From the NCBI GenBank assembly GCA_004764695.1, contig SMSO01000035.1, forward strand, positions 4,538,040 to 4,602,039: 64,000 bases of DNA, given 5' to 3'. The notes beneath the pieces were generated by a model. That model was not told the DNA's origin and did not search any database. It worked only from the letters and a program-made list of their open reading frames with translations. Shown here piece by piece: positions 1 through 10,550 of the stretch. This DNA is from Schizochytrium sp. TIO01. Its lineage: Eukaryota > Protista > Bigyra: Labyrinthulomycetes. A program made the position numbers and the translations under genes. Every line of letters starts with the position of its first letter. Position 1 is the stretch's first letter.

Positions 1-2127
1 CACTCCAGAGCAAACTGAGCTCAGACTTGAGAGCAGTGCAAGTGAAAAGATAAACACCAGCGACTGATGCAGCACAAACACGCCGAGCTTCGGTAGATTG
101 ACAAACTTATCAACAACGCACCACAGTAGAGTAGTGGACACACGCCTTCCTCACCCTGTGAGACAGGCTCTGCGATGATAGCTTTGTATATCCAATTTCT
201 CCCAAAGCCCGAATGAAAAGCTTGGAATAGCTTCAAAGGTTGCTTGCAGGGTATATAGTACACACGACTGTATCAATATGTAATCTAGAGAAAACCTTGC
301 AGCCATTGACTGTTTGCATCATTTCTGTATCACTATGCAATGCCGATTCACCAGTTAGGCTTCATTCCTTCGTATCACAACTGCAAAGTCAGGAAGCATC
401 AGAAGAAGGGATGCACACGAAGTAGACCATCTACCTCTAGAGGAAGGTGGATAGCTTGGCTACGCCCAATCTCTTAGTAGAGAGGTTTTGAAAAGCATGG
501 TTTAAAGTGCCATGACGTAAACAAGATTCCTCTGTTTGCTGGTGACCCAGGCCTGCTTCAATGTTTCCAAGTTATTCCCGACACCCCCTTGTCGACTTGG
601 TGACTTTGTACATGGGACAAACCAATGAGATACTGCGTAGTAGGAGAACTACGAACCTTCGCAGCTCGTCTTATTATTTGCGGAGGACTCCGTTGAGAAG
701 ATACCGAAATTGAGGGCGGTTAGTCTGCAGTAGATCGCAGCAGCCAAGTTCGAAGGGGTCTTCATTGAAGTTTGCTGTCGTCGGGAGCTCTCTACACCAA
801 CCTAGATTTAAGTGGCGTGCTCTGCTGGCAATACGTAACGCTGTGCGGTCTAAGCAACGCAGGACACGGCGCGTATCGAAGTGCAGATTTGCACCCTTCG
901 TTGAAGCTGGTAACGCAAACACTGCGATGGTTACAAATCACAGCACTGTTTGCTCCTCTTCCTGCATGAGTAGTTGAGCCATTTGCGTAACCGTGTCAGT
1001 ATACCATGCTCGCTCGCCGAGAGGAGGATATCCAAAACTGCAGCATAGTCACTGGAGATAGAAACTTCAATCGCGCTTGCAACTCCAACACGCTGGCCGT
1101 GACCTCCTTCGCAAACACAAGTCTTGACTTGATTTGATTGCGGGTGAACAAGGCCCAACAGCGCTCTTCTATCCAGGTTGCTGCGATATCTGCGGAGCTG
1201 AAGGCTTAATTAACTAAGCTCCCGCTTCGATCGAGCAGACATCACATCTGCAGCAAGCAAAGTGAAATTTCAAAGCGCTCAATTCATAGATTGAAAGAGC
1301 CTAAGCATGGAAAATCTACTCCTCTTCGCTTCCTTTCCCTTGGAAGTTCTAACGGGATCCATATTAGGCGCCCCTAATGGGCCCTACTGGTACGACTGAC
1401 CCACTTTCTTTGGTGGGAAGAAGTTGTGCCTAGGAGGTGGTACTGCTACATACCACTTACTTACCATCTCTTCGTTTCTCACGTTTTGAGTAGATATTGG
1501 CATGAGGGTTAGGACCCGCTACGTATCACACTAAGCTGAGGAACCAGAAATGCAATAGGCGAGAAAGAAGTGGAGGCATTTTTTAATTGATTATCGATAG
1601 GAGGTCGCTAGGAGGATCTATACTCGAGGAGACCAGACAGACAGACAGACAGACTTCTCAGGTGGGAAGAAGGTTAGAGCTTTGGGCTTTTACACCCTTT
1701 TACAGAGAGATGAGACTCAGGTTTTGAGCTCCTTCGCTGACCGGGCTCGGCTTCCATCTCTTTGCGATTCGTGTTGCGGCGCTCAATAGGTCACTTTGTT
1801 GTGAGGGTAAGATAGGAATTCGGACAATTGAAAGAAAACCTCGGTAGAAAGCAGAAAATCGAAAGCGAAAGCAAACACGGAACGCTGCTCCTCAGAGCTC
1901 TTTGGAAATATAAAGTCTACTGCTCCCGGAGACTGGGGCATATCTGCACGGCTATTAAGTGAGCACAGGCCGTTTTCAGTTCTGCACAATCTTCTCAGCT
2001 TGCATTGGCAAGCAGAATCTTATTAGTAGAGCTTGATCCCTTTCAAGCTGCGCTGTACTATTGCTGAGAGCAAGATCCAAGTGCTAAGAGTTGCTTTGAA
2101 ACAAACTTGTAGATTCATATCGCCAAG

Positions 2128-3024
2128 ATGTCGCAGTCTTTGGCAGCCTCAGAGGATACCAAAATAGTTGATGGCAAGAGCTATACAATCAACCAAAGCA
2201 TGCTCAGAGCAAGCACTATGGAGCCTAAGGGCAATTCCACACAGGCTCTACTGGCAGCCTCATGGGCCGCAGGAATGGTTTTTTCACCAAAGGTACGCTC
2301 CCTCACTGGGGTTGCAGCATTGGGATCAGTCACTGCAGTAGGACTTTTGTACGTTGCAATGCGATCCTCAAAAACGATCAGTGCCTCTGTGACCTCGAGA
2401 ATTTTGCCCCCGATCTTGGAGGATCTTGACAACGAGGTTGGTGAAGTCAGGACCGAGTTGCTGAAAGATATGAAGGGCAAGGTATTGGATTTTGGAGCTG
2501 GAGATGGACATTACCTCCGCTACGTTGCTAAGCGTAAGGATCAGGTGGAGTCTGTGACCTGCCTTGAGCCGCTCAAGGCACTCCATCCATCAATTAAGCA
2601 ACGGGCTGCAGACCTTGACCTTTCCAAGGTTGAGATCTATGGAGGGTTTTCTTCTGACCTGCTGAAAGAACGTGGTCCAGGCCAGTATGACTTTGTCATT
2701 ATTGGCAATGTTCTCTGTGAGGTTCCCGATCAAGATGCTGTGGTCAACGACATCTATGAACTTCTTCGCCCGGGCGGAAAAGTTTTCTATATCGAGCACG
2801 TTGCCAGCCACGAAGGAACGTTCAACAATAAATTGCAGCGGTTCATCAATCCCTTGTGGAAGGTAATCAGTGGTGGCTGCAACTGCGATCGACACAGCAT
2901 GCGTGCTCTCAAGGCGGTGCCCTGGAAAATGTACGAATGGGAGCTGCAAATGAGTTTCCCCTTGACCGAGCGTATGGTGATGGGACTTGCTATCAAGCCT
3001 ACAGGAACCGCGGAAGACCATTAG
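2128..3024 (+). CDS. Class I SAM-dependent methyltransferase, METTL7/TMT1-like (copy 1)
   Basis: 298-aa ATG ORF in ccaagATG context. Motif I VLDFGAGDG, post-II YDFVIIGNVLCEV, LLRPGGKVFYIEHV and C-terminal PLWKVISGGCNCDR are typical of the METTL7/UbiE-like group. N-terminal hydrophobic segment. Confidence 0.85.
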   Translation: MSQSLAASEDTKIVDGKSYTINQSMLRASTMEPKGNSTQALLAASWAAGMVFSPKVRSLTGVAALGSVTAVGLLYVAMRSSKTISASVTSRILPPILEDLDNEVGEVRTELLKDMKGKVLDFGAGDGHYLRYVAKRKDQVESVTCLEPLKALHPSIKQRAADLDLSKVEIYGGFSSDLLKERGPGQYDFVIIGNVLCEVPDQDAVVNDIYELLRPGGKVFYIEHVASHEGTFNNKLQRFINPLWKVISGGCNCDRHSMRALKAVPWKMYEWELQMSFPLTERMVMGLAIKPTGTAEDH

Positions 3025-5072
3025 GCTTGGTCGCCGCTTCTTGGTCGTAAGCGTTCATATTTTCATGAGTGTTTGAGCAAGCATTCATCTGAAACGAAAG
3101 AAACGCTTCGACCAACACAATTAGTCTGCTAGTGTACTCAAGCTGTGCACCATCTCGCTAAACACCATACAAGCTTTAAAACCCCTTCATCATGACTACC
3201 ATGTCTTTTTCTTCTTCTATGATCCTAATTATTAAAATTCGTGTTGGTGCATTGGATCGTATCCAAGTTTGTGCTCACGGACAATGAGTGCTTGATTGTT
3301 TTAGCTTGATTGTTTTGGCCCAACCAGCTCCAAGAGTTTCATTCACTACCTCTAACTACTAAGAGCGGATCATCTATGCGCTGCGGAGACCTCCCAACCT
3401 CCTTCCGTGCGGCTCACAAGTACATCTGTGCGGTGCTAGTCCTTATCTGCGCGTATCTCGCACTGCTCTCCCGCACCCCACACTTGCGTGCAGCGATGCG
3501 ATCGTAGTTGGGACCAGTGCATGTGCCATTGCGCGCTGCAGGCTCGTAAAAGCCCGTAATCCTTTGTGTGTACTCCGTCGCCTCCAAGATACTCGGCTCT
3601 TCGGCGTTGACAACGCTGACGCTGACCGGGAGGCTGGCTGCCTCGTAATAGGCAGCGACCTCCAGCTTTCAGATTGTGCGTCGCGAGCTTGCGCCGGGAG
3701 TAATCTGAGCTGCACATGTCGAGCCAGCTGCCAAGAACAAACGCCCTGATGTCGTGGTGCATTGATTGCTCTGCCGCCACTGGTATGATCATGTGCCGAT
3801 GAGCCGCATCGCTTATGGACCTATCTGTCTGTCCGTGCCAATCTGTCTACGCCTATCATCCGCATTTGCGAGTAAAGACGCCTTCTCAGTCCATGTGAAA
3901 GGAGACACGAAATGGTTGCGATGAGTACTCGGAATCAGAGGGCTTCGGGAGGTGGGCAGAGTACCGCCGCGACGAGTGCATTTCGCTGGTTTGCAGAGGA
4001 GTCTTCGCGAGGAACTGCGAAGCTTCCTTCGCTACGGAGTGAACGCGGCGACGAAAGTAGCAAAGGCAGCGAAAGGAGCCGAAGTAGTGAAAGAAAGTAC
4101 TCGCTTCCTTGCGGCCGTGGGTGGTCAGCGAGAAGGGTCTGAAGACTCGCTTTCGATTTCACAGCGGCGCCACAGGCTTTCGCAGGCGAGGAGGAGGCCA
4201 CTTGACTGCTGTGCGAGTCAGCTCGTTGAGAACGACGCGGATGGGTCTGTCGGGAAGAGAGAAACTTGAAGGGACCAAATCATGTTGACTCATCCTTTGC
4301 AATATCGTCATCGTTACCCTCGTGAAAGGAAGGTAAACTGTGCTGCTTCAGTTATGGTACGGATACCGCGTCGCTTTTGAGCAGCCCCGACTACGAGTGG
4401 ATGATGCACGGCACAGATTGTCAGAGGTTCTAGCATCAAGTTCTACGCAACTTGAGTCAACTTGACTCTTGGACGTTCAAGTTGGAGGGCTTTGCGAAGA
4501 CTCCATTGCCTTCAAGATTGCGAGAACTGCTGCAAAATAAAGTGCTCCAGAGAACACAAAAAGGAAGGGAACGAAAAGTTCTTAGTGAATGAAATGTAGA
4601 CCGACGCAACGCAACTTAGGAGGTCTAAAATAAACTGTCTCTGATTAACCATTATTCTCTTTTTTTAAAAAATATTTTTTAAAGAAGAAGAAGAAGAAGA
4701 AGAAGAAAGAATCAATGTTTTACTGGGCATTAGTACTACCTAGGAAGTAACAAGGGTCCGGGTACCTCGGTTCGGAAAGGTTCGTCATAATGGCTGTACT
4801 AGGTAGTATCTTCCTTCCCAATCAGATTCCCAAGATACATATTTGGAGTATCCTAAGTGAGCAATCACCAAATGGCCCGCTCCACTCGGTGCTAAGAAGG
4901 TTCGAGCGATAAAAGGATTTGGCTGTTGTTACTTGGCTGGTATCGCTGCTGGAGAGCTATCAAGCACAAAACAGACAAGCATACTTGTAAAGAGTGGTTC
5001 TTGGTGCGTTGGTTCCGAGTCGACTCGACAGGGGCTGCTGTAGGTGCCAGCATAAGAAACCCTTCAAAGAAA

Positions 5073-5960
5073 ATGTCTGAGAAACCCTTAACAGGAGAAA
5101 CGAAGCTTGTTGATGGCAAAAGCTACACGGTAAATCAAGCCATGCTGAGAAGTAGCCATGAAACACGCAGCCCAATTGCCAAAGCTGCAAAGGTGCTGCT
5201 CGCAGCATCTTGGGCTGCAGGTATGATCTTATCACCCAAAGTACGCTCTTTAAGTGGAGCTACAACTTTAGCATCTGCAACAGCTATTGGTATCTTGTAT
5301 ATTGCGATGAGCTCTTCAAAGACCATCAGTGCTTCTGTGACGTCCAAACTCCTGCCTGCACTTCTGCAGGATCTTGATAACGAGATGGGTGAAATCAGGA
5401 CGGAATTGCTTAAAGATATGAAGGGCAAAGTTCTTGACTTCGGAGCTGGAGACGGTCACTATTTAGCTTATATTGCGAAATACAAGGACCAGGTAGAATC
5501 GGTCACCAGCCTTGAACCTCTACAGGCACTCCATCCATTGATTGAGAAACGTGCTGCAAAGCTCGACCTTCCTGAGATGGAAATCTATGGTAAATTTTCC
5601 TCAGATTTGCTGCGTGAACGCGGTCCTAATCAGTATGATTTCATCATTCTTGGTAACGTTCTTTGCGAAGTTCCAGATCAAAGCGCCGTCCTTCAAGATA
5701 TCTACGAACTACTCCGCCCTGGGGGCAAAATTTTCTACATGGAGCACGTGGCTAGCCACGAGGGTACTCTTACCAATAAACTTCAACGTCTTATCAATCC
5801 TTTGTGGAAGGTCATAAGTGGAGGCTGCAATTGCAATCGCCATAGCTTGCGCTCTCTTGAAGCGATGCCGTGGAAAATGCACGAATGGGAACTGAGGATG
5901 AGCTTTCCACTGATCGAGCGCATGGTGATGGGAATTGCCATCAAATCTACGAACGTTTAG
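5073..5960 (+). CDS. Class I SAM-dependent methyltransferase, METTL7/TMT1-like (copy 2, tandem paralog)
   Basis: Colinear with 2128..3024 (VLDFGAGDGHYL, GNVLCEVPDQ, LLRPGGK, ISGGCNC). Start moved from the TTG at 4926 to the ATG at 5073 (MSEKPLTGETKLVDGKSY), which aligns with the start of copy 1. Confidence 0.85.
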   Translation: MSEKPLTGETKLVDGKSYTVNQAMLRSSHETRSPIAKAAKVLLAASWAAGMILSPKVRSLSGATTLASATAIGILYIAMSSSKTISASVTSKLLPALLQDLDNEMGEIRTELLKDMKGKVLDFGAGDGHYLAYIAKYKDQVESVTSLEPLQALHPLIEKRAAKLDLPEMEIYGKFSSDLLRERGPNQYDFIILGNVLCEVPDQSAVLQDIYELLRPGGKIFYMEHVASHEGTLTNKLQRLINPLWKVISGGCNCNRHSLRSLEAMPWKMHEWELRMSFPLIERMVMGIAIKSTNV

Positions 5961-6264
5961 TGCTGGAGTCCGATCAAAACTCACTTCCTTCTGCGCATAA
6001 TTTACCTATCTATTCTTTCAAATGGCACAAAATAAAGGTAAAGAAAAACAAGCAATTTCTTACTCAAAGGTATTTTGCGACTCTCAAACGCTAGTAAAAA
6101 TGAAGCTAATATCCACCAATACTTTGTTAACTTTATTCAAATTAATTTCAACTCTATGCGAGTGCACATCTGAAAAGAAAAGAGACATACGCAGGCTTGA
6201 AGGGTTGTTCAATATCAACTTCGTCCCTTTAAATTGAAGAAGTAAAATACTAGCATGTTCAATA

Positions 6265-8226
6265 TCAATACAAATGGACGGTGTTGTTGTCTGAACTCAG
6301 GGAGCGCAAAACCGTACGCAGCACTATTGAGGAATCCTCCAATGGGATGGGTGATGATAGCGTGCTAGGTCCTGGATAAGCGTCTACACGAAAGGAGCCA
6401 GGTGGAGCTTTGTTAGTTGCGCACACATTAGAAGATGCTTTAAAGGACTCAAGTCCAACCGTTCTCAGTTGAGGCCTTGGGCGATATTGGTCAAGGCATA
6501 GTAGAGCCGGAGCGAGAGCAATGAGTATACCGAGCGCAAATGTAGTCCAGGGCACTACAAGCCAAAATATTGCGTCTGTTAAATCACAGCACAGGGGTTC
6601 TTTGATAGTTTTGAACATGGAAGAAAAGGCTTGACAGTCAAAGGTGTCCTTCATTTCAGCAATGGCGTGCTGAGTGGCTGTAAGAACTTCATCTAGAAGT
6701 TGATCAGCAGGCATGTCAAACTCGATTCCCATCAACGTTGTTTGATTATTGCCCAAGTATGGTAAAATCGCATCCTCCAAGAGACTGGTGATTGCACCTT
6801 CCAAGCTATTCCATAGCTGTGCAATTGGTTCTTGGCGCAGCAACCTACTATCATTGATATCCTCAGATGTAATGTTCATGTTTGCAAAGCTTGACCCCAT
6901 GCATGGTACCAGTACGGAACGTAGTAACTGGTCAAAATCAAAGTCTAGAGTTTGCCCTGTTTCACTGAGTTGCCAAGAACATACTAAACTGTTGTCTTCC
7001 TTCTGAGTGATATTCATCCCTAGTTGTAGACAAATCATTGGCTCAATATGTTTGACAGACAATTCAAGCATAGGTTCAACAAAAGTACAGAAATCACTCA
7101 TGACGAGCAATGCAGGGATGCCAACTGCTGCTACACCGAGCATAATTGGGGCGATGAGACAACCCAAAGTTATGAACGGCACAGTCATACGCTGTCCCAT
7201 AGCAGAGCAACCTAGAGCCAGGCCTGCAAAACTGACAAGAATTATGGGAAGAACATACAGTCCTTTATAAATCTGTTCGAAGCTTGGGTAGCCGTTTCGA
7301 AGAGACTTGGTGTTAAGCATCTCAATAGTATTCACGAGGCATTCATCCATAAGGCAAATCGAATTGTCTTCATAAAAGGTCAATATGTCTCCTGTTCTTC
7401 CATCCATTATGCCTTGTACTCCCATGAGTAAATTTTCACTAGCATGTGCTGCAAATTTGTCAAACATGGTTACATTTGTCCAACCTCGAGGAATATTGAA
7501 TAACTGACTTGCAATATTTAACAAGTAAAACAAGGCTCCTCGTGAATATGTTTGAGCGCTGTTGTCGCCTTGTAGCGCGACTTCGAGAGCTCCGAGCAGA
7601 GCACTTGAGTTAGTAATTAAGGATCCAAATATAGCTGTGCTTAGCTGCCTTGATAAGCGTTGATTCTCGTTTTGCTCTTTATTAGAAGCGTCGAGCACCT
7701 TATGTTTTGACTTCGACGAAGGTTGAATAATACCTTTTGTAATACCTCCGATACTCTCGTCATTGTTTTCAGCTGGCACAGTTGTGGGGAACTCCTCTGC
7801 TAGTGTTTGAGCAAGCTTCGCAGCAGTCTCGCTTACTTCACGGTACATGTTTGGGTTGTCTCCGAATGCGAGCCCAAGCTTTTGTACTAATGCGTGCGCC
7901 TGTTGAATGTCATTCATTACTGCCTCTCTTGCAGCAAGAGCAGCAGTGTAACGATTGTAGAGGCTCATTGATGTTTGCTCTGGGTGATTGAGCATGCCGA
8001 GGAGTAATTCCGTTCCATTTGGTTGCCCAGATTCAAAATCTGGTATCCCTGACAAAATACCTTGCACATTTCTTTCTTTGAACGAATTGTATTTTGTGAC
8101 TGCTATATGCGCCTTTTGTACACACCAATTAAGATTTGAATGATTGCAAACACTAGCAGATGCTGAACTGTTTGATGAAAGGCAAATGTCAATAGCATTG
8201 GAAACTTTTTGGAGCTTCTCAATCAT
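6265..8226 (-). CDS. Large membrane protein, C-terminal half of a prominin/tweety-like gene (three TM segments)
   Basis: 653-aa ORF. TM hairpin followed by LVMSDFC, then C-x13-CCDLTDAIFW before the last TM. This Cys pattern recalls prominin/tweety families. Probably one gene with 8223..9995. Confidence 0.6.
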   Translation of the reverse strand: MIEKLQKVSNAIDICLSSNSSASASVCNHSNLNWCVQKAHIAVTKYNSFKERNVQGILSGIPDFESGQPNGTELLLGMLNHPEQTSMSLYNRYTAALAAREAVMNDIQQAHALVQKLGLAFGDNPNMYREVSETAAKLAQTLAEEFPTTVPAENNDESIGGITKGIIQPSSKSKHKVLDASNKEQNENQRLSRQLSTAIFGSLITNSSALLGALEVALQGDNSAQTYSRGALFYLLNIASQLFNIPRGWTNVTMFDKFAAHASENLLMGVQGIMDGRTGDILTFYEDNSICLMDECLVNTIEMLNTKSLRNGYPSFEQIYKGLYVLPIILVSFAGLALGCSAMGQRMTVPFITLGCLIAPIMLGVAAVGIPALLVMSDFCTFVEPMLELSVKHIEPMICLQLGMNITQKEDNSLVCSWQLSETGQTLDFDFDQLLRSVLVPCMGSSFANMNITSEDINDSRLLRQEPIAQLWNSLEGAITSLLEDAILPYLGNNQTTLMGIEFDMPADQLLDEVLTATQHAIAEMKDTFDCQAFSSMFKTIKEPLCCDLTDAIFWLVVPWTTFALGILIALAPALLCLDQYRPRPQLRTVGLESFKASSNVCATNKAPPGSFRVDAYPGPSTLSSPIPLEDSSIVLRTVLRSLSSDNNTVHLY

Positions 8227-9995
8227 ATCCGACCAAAACTAATATCATCATGGTTGCCATGCCGTGTGGTATTCCAGGTCACAGATGTTTTTTCGCGAGG
8301 CTTTGACCACTCTTGCCTAGGAGTGGACAGCTCTTGTTTTGATGTTACAAACCCTGAAAGCATGGTTTCTAAGCTTAGAAGGTGCTGTCCAATCCCTTGA
8401 ATTTTATGAAGCAACGTTAATAAAAGATGCATGCTAATCTTCCCAGAAGATCCCGTGTTGTCCATCTCTACGTCCAAGTCTTCTTGTGAGCAAGACTGTG
8501 ATATCTCTTTCCACTTGAGACCATCATCAAACAATTTTATTGTGGGCCTAGCTTCGTGTAGTCGCCCCATATTGTGGAGAGCCCAGTCTATGAAATCTGC
8601 ACTATTCTCAAGGTAATCTCGACTGTAGGAGAAGCTGTATTGGTGTTGCGACTGAATGGGTTGGATGCTCGCAATTTCCCGATTGTACTCTACCGTAGTC
8701 GGTTCAAACCCTAAGTAGTGGCGGATTTGGCGTCTCAAAGACCGCATCGAGGCCCTGTCTACCTTTTTCAGCATCTTAATACGTTGTAGGGAGGTTGTCA
8801 GCGCTAATGTGCTACCTTTTCCACTCCACATCAGTTTCTCTGGCAAGGTAGTAACATTCTCAGGCGGAGAAAGAGATGCCATTAAACTATGTTGGTGTTG
8901 GATGAAATCTGAAATGCTGATTGGAGGGTGTATCTTAAATTGGTCATCAAGCATTTCTAGATACCCTAGCACGCGGGTTGTCATGTTAGCATCAGCAATA
9001 CTCAGGAGCTGGTCCATGCAATGAAAAGCATGACTGACCTCCCAAAGCTCAAAGCTTTCGTCTGAAGAATCTATAGTTGCTTTGAGAGAACGGCGGCCTC
9101 CAACCGTAACAAGAGCCACCCGTAAAATTTCTGGCATTGACTCAAATACTTCTGCTGTGCCACTGGGAAATACCAAGACCAGATTTTTCTGTGCTTCGAT
9201 AAATCTTTGAAAATCGCCACGATCGCCAAGTGTGACCATAGTGAGGAAGAGGACGATAAAGACACCAATGATGATGAAACCAGAAAGATACGCCACAAAG
9301 CTACACTGCGTCATGCCAAGCTCTGTTAGCAACACATGTACAGCTCCAGCTTCAGACTTGATTTCCTGTTTGCCAATCTTTTCTAATTTGGCATCTGAAT
9401 TAGTTGTGCGATGTTCGGTGTCATCAAAGCGTGACTTTCTACCTGAACACACGCGTCTGTGAAAGCACTGATGGTATACATACACGACAAGGAAGAATAT
9501 GCACATAATAGCAACCCCGATAAAAAGCGCTGCGTAAATTGCGTAAGATTGTGCAATCCTTCCCCAAATCGTGTCATCATCATTTGTAATGTAGATAAAG
9601 CTCCAATCAACGGAGTCATCTTCACTTGCTGCGCCCAGTAAATCTAAGAAAGGTTCGATGCAAATATATGAAGAAGTGGAAGAATCATTCTTCATGGAGG
9701 CTATATCTAATGTGGAGTCTTGTAGTTCCTTCGCAAAGAAGATGTCCAGCGATTCAGCAAGTTTTTGGTTACACGGTATTATAATTCTTTCAGCATGTGA
9801 CCAGTTTCGGTCAATATAGCTTATGGATGCATCAACACGTGGCAGCTTTTGAATAATTCCAGGTACAGCACAGCTTCCTCCTGCTGCATCATCGCTCATG
9901 GTGGAAGCTCGGGCAAACGATAGCGATTTGCTGCTCGATAGTTCTTCAAAAGATATGCGTTCATGAGTTTGTTCGGTATGGAGACCCTCAATCAT
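8223..9995 (-). CDS. Large membrane protein, N-terminal half of a prominin/tweety-like gene (two TM segments with Cys-rich linker)
   Basis: 590-aa ORF. TM segments YAIYAALFIGVAIMCIFFLVVYVY and FVAYLSGFIIIGVFIVLFLTMVTL with a CFHRRVC motif between them. Its stop overlaps the start of the next ORF (ATGA at 8226-8223). Confidence 0.6.
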   Translation of the reverse strand: MIEGLHTEQTHERISFEELSSSKSLSFARASTMSDDAAGGSCAVPGIIQKLPRVDASISYIDRNWSHAERIIIPCNQKLAESLDIFFAKELQDSTLDIASMKNDSSTSSYICIEPFLDLLGAASEDDSVDWSFIYITNDDDTIWGRIAQSYAIYAALFIGVAIMCIFFLVVYVYHQCFHRRVCSGRKSRFDDTEHRTTNSDAKLEKIGKQEIKSEAGAVHVLLTELGMTQCSFVAYLSGFIIIGVFIVLFLTMVTLGDRGDFQRFIEAQKNLVLVFPSGTAEVFESMPEILRVALVTVGGRRSLKATIDSSDESFELWEVSHAFHCMDQLLSIADANMTTRVLGYLEMLDDQFKIHPPISISDFIQHQHSLMASLSPPENVTTLPEKLMWSGKGSTLALTTSLQRIKMLKKVDRASMRSLRRQIRHYLGFEPTTVEYNREIASIQPIQSQHQYSFSYSRDYLENSADFIDWALHNMGRLHEARPTIKLFDDGLKWKEISQSCSQEDLDVEMDNTGSSGKISMHLLLTLLHKIQGIGQHLLSLETMLSGFVTSKQELSTPRQEWSKPREKTSVTWNTTRHGNHDDISFGRI

Positions 9996-10550
9996 CTATC
10001 TTAACGGCTTCAAGTTTATCTGGGGCCATGGCCTCGGGCTCTATGATTGGGACTTGACCAAATTAATGTCCCATAACTTTATTATTTAAAAAAAAAAAAA
10101 GGAAGGAAAAATTAATTAAAAATCACTGACATTTTTGTTGTTGGTTTTCTTCAAAGTTAGCAGTAACATCAGTTCGAGGCGGACCAGTCTCGTTGTTCAG
10201 AACCAAAATTTGAAAAATCAAGTACACTGCTAGCAGCGAGGTTTTGAAGGACTCGCAACTATATTGAACTCAGTCGCTTTATTAGAAAATACAACCAGAA
10301 GAAGGAAACAAAAAGTATAAAGAGCGATTTTAGTCCAAATAATTCAGGATACGGGATAATGACACTAGGGACCTAGCTCTTGTATCACAGAATGCCGATA
10401 TATGCTTATCATTGTCCCAAATGATTTAAAAAAAAACACGAAAGTACAGGTTTATCTGCATATGGGTCGTACCAGATAGAGTTAGTGCAAAAAGTGAATA
10501 TGAAATAAAGCATATTTAGCAAGACAAGAACTAGGGCCAGTGAATTCACT

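Noticed and set aside
21-263. KAIIAEPVSQGEEG resembles the class-III aminotransferase motif AxIxEPxQGEGG
   Set aside because: The spacing is wrong and no other family motifs (DEVQ, PLP lysine) are in frame. Treated as coincidence.
4734-4808. 10-bp inverted repeat TACTACCTAG...CTAGGTAGTA as a MITE
   Set aside because: Too short and low-complexity, with no target-site duplication or second copy in the window.
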